DNA from: a bacterium
GTDB lineage: Bacteria > UBA8248
NCBI GenBank assembly: GCA_965261085.1
Contig: OZ253442.1
Coordinates: forward strand, 2,240,001-2,304,000
Direction: 5' to 3'
DNA length: 64,000 nt
Position 1 is the first letter of the stretch, and every line of letters starts with the position of its first letter. The position numbers were made by a program, and so were the translations under genes. The notes under the pieces are model-generated. The model had not been told where the DNA came from and searched no databases. It saw only the letters and a program-made list of their open reading frames with translations. This document shows, piece after piece, positions 59,527-64,000 of this stretch.

Positions 59527-61048
59527 GGGGTTGTTGAATAACCCGGTTTCGGGAGCGGGCGGTATGGAGGGTCACGCGGCGGCGGACAGGAAGCCCGCGC
59601 AGCTTGCGAGGCCGCGATGGACGCACAGAGGCTCTTCCCGGGCCGACCAGGCCCTCCAGAGGGCGAATAACCTTGCAGCAAGTGCGGCGGAGAGCCGCTT
59701 GAGGTTGATCGCCGCCGCCGTCAGGTAGGACTGTATCTTCATGTTCTCAAGACCGCGCCGCACCGCGCGCGCAAGCCCGTGCCAGGTCTTCGCCTCGCCG
59801 TGGTAGCCCTCCGAGCGCCACATATGACGCCGGTACATCCGCCGCTCCTCCTCCCTCCATCGCGCATGGCGCCGGCGCGCGCGCAACAGCGCCGGATACG
59901 CATGCGGAACCAACACCACCTTGCTCGACCACGCCTTCGGCAGGCAATCCTCGCGAAGCGCGCAGCCCGCGCAATCACGGGTCTTCGAACGATAATAACG
60001 CCCCCCCTTTGCGGGCCGACGGGGGCTCAGTATCTTGCCGCGCGGACACTTCACGATGTCGTGCCGCGCGTCGTAGCGGAACAGGCGCAACGGAACACGG
60101 CTCTGCGAGGGTTCCCTCTTCGCCGGAATGAGCGCGGCCACACCCCGGCGCTCCAGGGCCGCGTAGACCTTCGAGTAGGCGTAGCCAGAGTCCGCCGTCA
60201 CCATCGCGGGCGCGCGCCCCGATACCTCGCATACCGCTTCCACCTGCGATTCGAGCACCTCACGCTCGTTCACCGTACCCTCCGTCACCGATACGTCGAG
60301 CACCACCCCGCGCGTGTCGTCCACCACAGCGTGCTGCTTGTAGCTCGGCTCGAATCCCCCGCCCGTTCTCGCCAGCCGCGCGTCCGGGTCCGTCCGGCTC
60401 ACCTTCCCGGAACCCCCGCCACGGCGGCCTCCTCCACCCTTCTTCCCGGCCTCCTCCTCGACGGGGTTCTCCGCTATCACCTCGTCCACGTGACGCTCCA
60501 CCAGACTCTCCCAACTCACGTCCGCGCGGATCAATGAGGCGTCCACGTGCACGACTTCGGCCTTGGCCACCTTCGCATCCAGGCACGCACGGACCGTGCG
60601 GCGGAATATCTCCCGGAACCGGGCCTCCCCCCAGCGCTGCCGTATCCGCGTCAGGCTCGAATGATCCGGCAGCCGATCCTCCAGCCCGTAACCGATGAAC
60701 CACCGGATCGCGATGTTCACCTGCGCCTCGCGCATCAACCGACGGTCGTGCACGAACCCCAGCAGAAGGCCCGCCAACATCAACCGAACCGCCACTTCGG
60801 GGTCGATCCCAGGACGGCCGTTGTCCGCGCAATAACAATCCGCCACTTCCTCGCGCAGCCAACTCAGGTCCAGAACGCGGTTCACGCGGGCCAATATGTG
60901 ATCCTCGGGAATCAACCTCTCCAGCGAACCGGTGATGAACAAATCCATCTGGGCGCGGTTCTTGCGTCCCAACATCGCGGATATTCCCTTCTCGGGCGCG
61001 TAATATCCATACATCCAAGCATAGAGTCAGGGGTTTTTCAACAACCCC
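59527..61048 (-). mobile_element. IS1182-family insertion sequence (1522 bp)
   Basis: 18-bp terminal inverted repeats GGGGTTGTTGAATAACCC / GGGTTTTTCAACAACCCC (1 mismatch) around a transposase. Confidence 0.9.
59572..60975 (-). CDS. IS1182-family DDE transposase
   Basis: GRPGIDP, PDHSSLTR, HVDAS, ADSGY, CPRG..C..C..C and EAKTWHGL motifs. Confidence 0.92.
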   Translation of the reverse strand: MLGRKNRAQMDLFITGSLERLIPEDHILARVNRVLDLSWLREEVADCYCADNGRPGIDPEVAVRLMLAGLLLGFVHDRRLMREAQVNIAIRWFIGYGLEDRLPDHSSLTRIRQRWGEARFREIFRRTVRACLDAKVAKAEVVHVDASLIRADVSWESLVERHVDEVIAENPVEEEAGKKGGGGRRGGGSGKVSRTDPDARLARTGGGFEPSYKQHAVVDDTRGVVLDVSVTEGTVNEREVLESQVEAVCEVSGRAPAMVTADSGYAYSKVYAALERRGVAALIPAKREPSQSRVPLRLFRYDARHDIVKCPRGKILSPRRPAKGGRYYRSKTRDCAGCALREDCLPKAWSSKVVLVPHAYPALLRARRRHARWREEERRMYRRHMWRSEGYHGEAKTWHGLARAVRRGLENMKIQSYLTAAAINLKRLSAALAARLFALWRAWSAREEPLCVHRGLASCAGFLSAAA

Positions 61049-61117
61049 GATGAAGGAGCGTTTGCCGCGACCGATGAAGGAGCGTTTGCCGCGACCGATG
61101 AAGGAGCGTTTGCCGCG
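61049..61117 (+). repeat. 24-bp tandem repeat, about 3 copies
   Basis: GATGAAGGAGCGTTTGCCGCGACC twice plus a 21-bp third copy, abutting the IS end. Confidence 0.9.
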
Positions 61118-61152
61118 GTGGCCTTTCACTTTCTAGGCTTCCGCGCCACGGA

Positions 61153-61368
61153 TCACCCGGCCTTGAGCGAGCGCAGCGGCAGGGCTTCGGTCTCCAGTGT
61201 GGAGAGATCGAGGCGCCGCGACGCATTGTCGATGTCGAAACCGAGCACGCCGCCTTCGGCGTCGAGGTCGACGTTCAGTCCGTCCGAAACCTCGCGCGTC
61301 TCCGCGCCCGACCCGGGTTTGAACTCGATATAGAGGCTATCGGTCTCAGGATAGTAGTGCAGCTTCAT
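61153..61368 (-). CDS. DUF2283-family small protein
   Basis: MKLHYYPETDSLYIEF...VDLDAEGGVLGFDI pattern; AGGAGG RBS. Confidence 0.82.
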   Translation of the reverse strand: MKLHYYPETDSLYIEFKPGSGAETREVSDGLNVDLDAEGGVLGFDIDNASRRLDLSTLETEALPLRSLKAG

Positions 61369-61692
61369 AGCTCCTCCTTCATACAGTATCGTATTCAAGA
61401 AGAACGCCTTCCACAAGTTTGTTAAATTCATTCTAATCCGGTGTGAGAAACACGTTTAGGCTCTTGACATCGGGCGATTTCGTCCGTAATAAGAACCTTG
61501 CGTTTGCTTACATCCCTATGGTCTCGGCGTCCGGCGAGGCCATGCGCCGCCCGTGGCGAAGCCAAGTGAATCGGTTTCATTATTCGTCGTTATGGTGGAT
61601 AATATATCCGCGCGGCGCTTGAAGGTGGATTGCTTTGAGATGCGGAAAGTCGAAAGGTGGTTTCAGCCTGAAAACAGGAGTGTAAGGTTCCT

Positions 61693-62247
61693 ATGAACAC
61701 TCGTTTGAAAGCTCCTCCGGTGAAGCTGCCCGCCGATTACGAGGAGGAGGCGAAAGAAAAAAAGCCGTTCATAGACCGCAGGCGGTTCATGAACTACACG
61801 GGGTGGCTCGGCGTTCTGGGCAGCATCGCTATTTCGCTGCTGGGGTTTTTGCGCTTCATGTTCCCGCGTGTTCTCTTCGAACCCCCCACGGTGTTCAAGG
61901 CGGGCAAGCCGGCGGATTACGCCGTGGGCGTGGTGGACACCCGCTACGTGAACAGCGAGCGCGTCTGGATCATCCGCGAGCAGAACGGCTTCTACGCCCT
62001 GAGCGCGATATGCACCCATCTGGGATGCACGCCGAAGTACCTGGGCTCCGAGGACAAGTTCAAGTGCCCGTGCCACGGGAGCGGATTCCGCCGAAGCGGC
62101 GTCAACTTCGAGGGCCCGGCCCCGAGGCCGCTCGAGAGACTGAAAATAGGGCTGGCCGAGGATGGGCAGTTGCTTATTGATAAGGGCAAGCTTTTTCGTC
62201 ATGAAAAAGGGGAATGGGACGCCACGGGCTCTTTCCTCTTTGTCTGA
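61693..62247 (+). CDS. Rieske iron-sulfur subunit of a quinol:cytochrome c reductase
   Basis: RRRF Tat-like motif and TM; CTHLGC and CPCHGS boxes. Confidence 0.93.
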   Translation: MNTRLKAPPVKLPADYEEEAKEKKPFIDRRRFMNYTGWLGVLGSIAISLLGFLRFMFPRVLFEPPTVFKAGKPADYAVGVVDTRYVNSERVWIIREQNGFYALSAICTHLGCTPKYLGSEDKFKCPCHGSGFRRSGVNFEGPAPRPLERLKIGLAEDGQLLIDKGKLFRHEKGEWDATGSFLFV

Positions 62248-62294
62248 ATAAAGGTTTTCGTATTCGTTTGAAGCAAGCGCGTGGGGGTATATAG

Positions 62295-63083
62295 ATGCTG
62301 AGTTTGAAAGAACGCTTGAACCTGGATCAGGTGAAAAAAAATGTTCTTGATTCCCAGATCTGGAGGTCGATGTTCCGCCATGGGTATGAGGATACGCCGA
62401 GAAACCGTGTTCTCATGGTCGTGGACAACCTTTGGCTGCACTTACACCCCACGAAAATCAGGCGCCACGCCATCCGCATCCGCTTCACGTGGTGCATGGG
62501 CGGGGTGACGTTCCTGCTGTTCTTGTACCTCGTCGTCACCGGCGTGGTGCTGATGTTCTACTACCGGCCAGTGGGCGAGTACGCCTACGCCGACATCAAG
62601 TATCTGGAATTCGACGCCCCCTTCGGCATGTTCATGCGCAACATGCACCGCTGGGCGGCGCACGCCATGGTCATCGCCGTGTGGCTGCACATGATGCGCG
62701 TCTTCATGACGGGTTCCTACAAGCCGCCGCGCGAGTTCAACTGGGTCATCGGGGTGTTGCTGCTCACGCTCACGCTTCTGCTCAGCTTCACCGGCTATCT
62801 GCTTCCCTGGGATCAGCTGGCCATCTGGGCGGTGACGGTGGGAACCAACATGGCGCGGGCCACGCCCCTGCTGGGACACGAGGGGCCGTTCGCCGAAATG
62901 GTGGGCGTCACGCCGCGATTCGACGCGCGCTCGGCTCTATTGGGCGGAACCATCGTGGGCCCGCCCACGCTTTTGCGCTTCTACGTGCTGCACTGCATCG
63001 TCGTTCCTCTGATAGCGGCGATTCTGATGATGGTGCATTTCTGGAGAATCCGAAAAGACGGGGGCATATCCGGGCCTCTCTAG
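62295..63083 (+). CDS. cytochrome b N-terminal (b6-like) subunit
   Basis: [27 protein letters not shown] and FYVLH..H motifs. Confidence 0.93.
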   Translation: MLSLKERLNLDQVKKNVLDSQIWRSMFRHGYEDTPRNRVLMVVDNLWLHLHPTKIRRHAIRIRFTWCMGGVTFLLFLYLVVTGVVLMFYYRPVGEYAYADIKYLEFDAPFGMFMRNMHRWAAHAMVIAVWLHMMRVFMTGSYKPPREFNWVIGVLLLTLTLLLSFTGYLLPWDQLAIWAVTVGTNMARATPLLGHEGPFAEMVGVTPRFDARSALLGGTIVGPPTLLRFYVLHCIVVPLIAAILMMVHFWRIRKDGGISGPL

Positions 63084-63117
63084 GTTTTTCGGGGCATAAT
63101 AGGGAAGGACGAAAACA

Positions 63118-63897
63118 TTGGCGAAGGAAGACAAGGTAGTCGGCTCTGCCGATGAGATGGCCAAGACGAGTTGGGAGCGGGTGAACGACAAGGTTCACGT
63201 GTGGCCCTACCTCACGCGCCTGGAGTTCATGTGCGCGATCATCATCACCGTGCTGCTGGTGGTGTGGTCCATCGTGATCGACGCGCCGCTCGAAGAGCCG
63301 GCGAACCCCTCCGTTACGCCGAACCCCTCGAAGGCGCCGTGGTATTTCCTGGGTCTTCAGGAGATGCTCGTGTATTTCGATCCGTGGATGGCGGGCGTGG
63401 TCCTGCCCACCCTCATCATCGTGGGTCTGATGGCCATTCCCTTTATCGACGTGAACCCCAAGGGGAACGGCTACTACACCTTCCACGAGCGCAGATTCGC
63501 CATCCTCATCTTCTTGTTCGGTTTTCTGGTCCTGTGGGTGTGGATGGTGGTGCAGGGAACCTTCCTGCGCGGGCCGGGATGGAACTTCTTCATGCCCTGG
63601 GAATACTGGGACCCGCACAAGGTCGTGGCCTTAACGAACGTGGACCTGCCCTACATGCTGGGCTTCAGGAGTTACTTGAGCCAGGCGGCGGCGGGCACCG
63701 TGATGATTGTGCTCTGGTACGCCAGCATACCGGCTTACTATATCTGGCGGCGCGAGCGCATGAAGAACGTGGGCCTGGTGCGCTATCTCATCAAGGCGTC
63801 ACTCAACATGACGATGATGGGGCTGGTGGCGAAAATGGTGTTGCGTATCGGGTTCAACGTCAAATACGTTCTCGTCACCCCGTGGTTCAACATTTAA
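63118..63897 (+). CDS. cytochrome b C-terminal / subunit IV-like protein
   Basis: TPNPSKAPWYFLG (PEWY-equivalent) plus additional TMs. Confidence 0.85.
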   Translation: MAKEDKVVGSADEMAKTSWERVNDKVHVWPYLTRLEFMCAIIITVLLVVWSIVIDAPLEEPANPSVTPNPSKAPWYFLGLQEMLVYFDPWMAGVVLPTLIIVGLMAIPFIDVNPKGNGYYTFHERRFAILIFLFGFLVLWVWMVVQGTFLRGPGWNFFMPWEYWDPHKVVALTNVDLPYMLGFRSYLSQAAAGTVMIVLWYASIPAYYIWRRERMKNVGLVRYLIKASLNMTMMGLVAKMVLRIGFNVKYVLVTPWFNI

Positions 63898-63921
63898 TAA
63901 GTTTTTCCTTGAGCGGAGAAG

Positions 63922-64000
63922 ATGGTTCAGGATAGACAGCGAAAACACCTGTGGTGGGACGCCTGCGGCGTGAAAGTGGCCGCCATCGCTCTGCTCGTCG
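63922..64000 (+). CDS. start of next gene (partial; possibly an exported/cytochrome c subunit)
   Basis: GGAG-preceded ATG; reads MVQDRQRKHLWWDACGVKVAAIALLV to the window end. Confidence 0.4.
   Translation, partial: MVQDRQRKHLWWDACGVKVAAIALLV

Noticed and set aside
61049-61117. Possible CRISPR array
   Set aside because: The repeats are contiguous with no spacers, and no cas genes are present.
61464-61492. TTGACA promoter upstream of the Rieske gene (similar cases at 49477 and 53058)
   Set aside because: A good -35 is present but there is no convincing -10 at 16-18 bp spacing, so these are not reported as features.

Overview
GC-rich bacterial chromosomal window, probably from a Nitrospinota/Tectomicrobia/deltaproteobacteria-like lineage (inferred from gene types only). 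It carries housekeeping genes: lysA end, dapF, dapB, dapL, folK, panC, hisC, HU, DEAD-box helicase, pgk, etfBA, mrp, ddl, cystathionine beta-synthase/gamma-lyase, larEBC and the start of a split cytochrome b (b6f-like) Rieske/cyt b operon. These are interspersed with many catabolic enzymes (flavin monooxygenases, SDRs, M24 peptidase, LVIVD protein, cyclase), one IS1182-family element, a non-autonomous derivative with the same ends, and nested REP/MITE-like repeats. I found no rRNA, tRNA or CRISPR array. The most notable candidates for undescribed systems are: (1) a cyclopropane-fatty-acid-synthase-like gene split in two, with a geranylgeranyl-reductase-family flavoprotein between the halves and a YheT hydrolase downstream; (2) a SprT/Wss1-like HEXXH protease ending in a beta-clamp-binding-like motif (QLSFDF); (3) a deiodinase-like selenoprotein with in-frame UGA and SECIS-like hairpin that the ORF track splits in two; (4) a TPR-TPR-ExbB-ExbD-TonB operon with no receptor but a TonB-box-like motif on a TPR protein; (5) a 7Fe-ferredoxin/transmembrane/extracytoplasmic fusion; (6) larEBC followed by a ThiS/MoaD-like carrier. 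All calls come from motif recognition by eye; no database searches were run.
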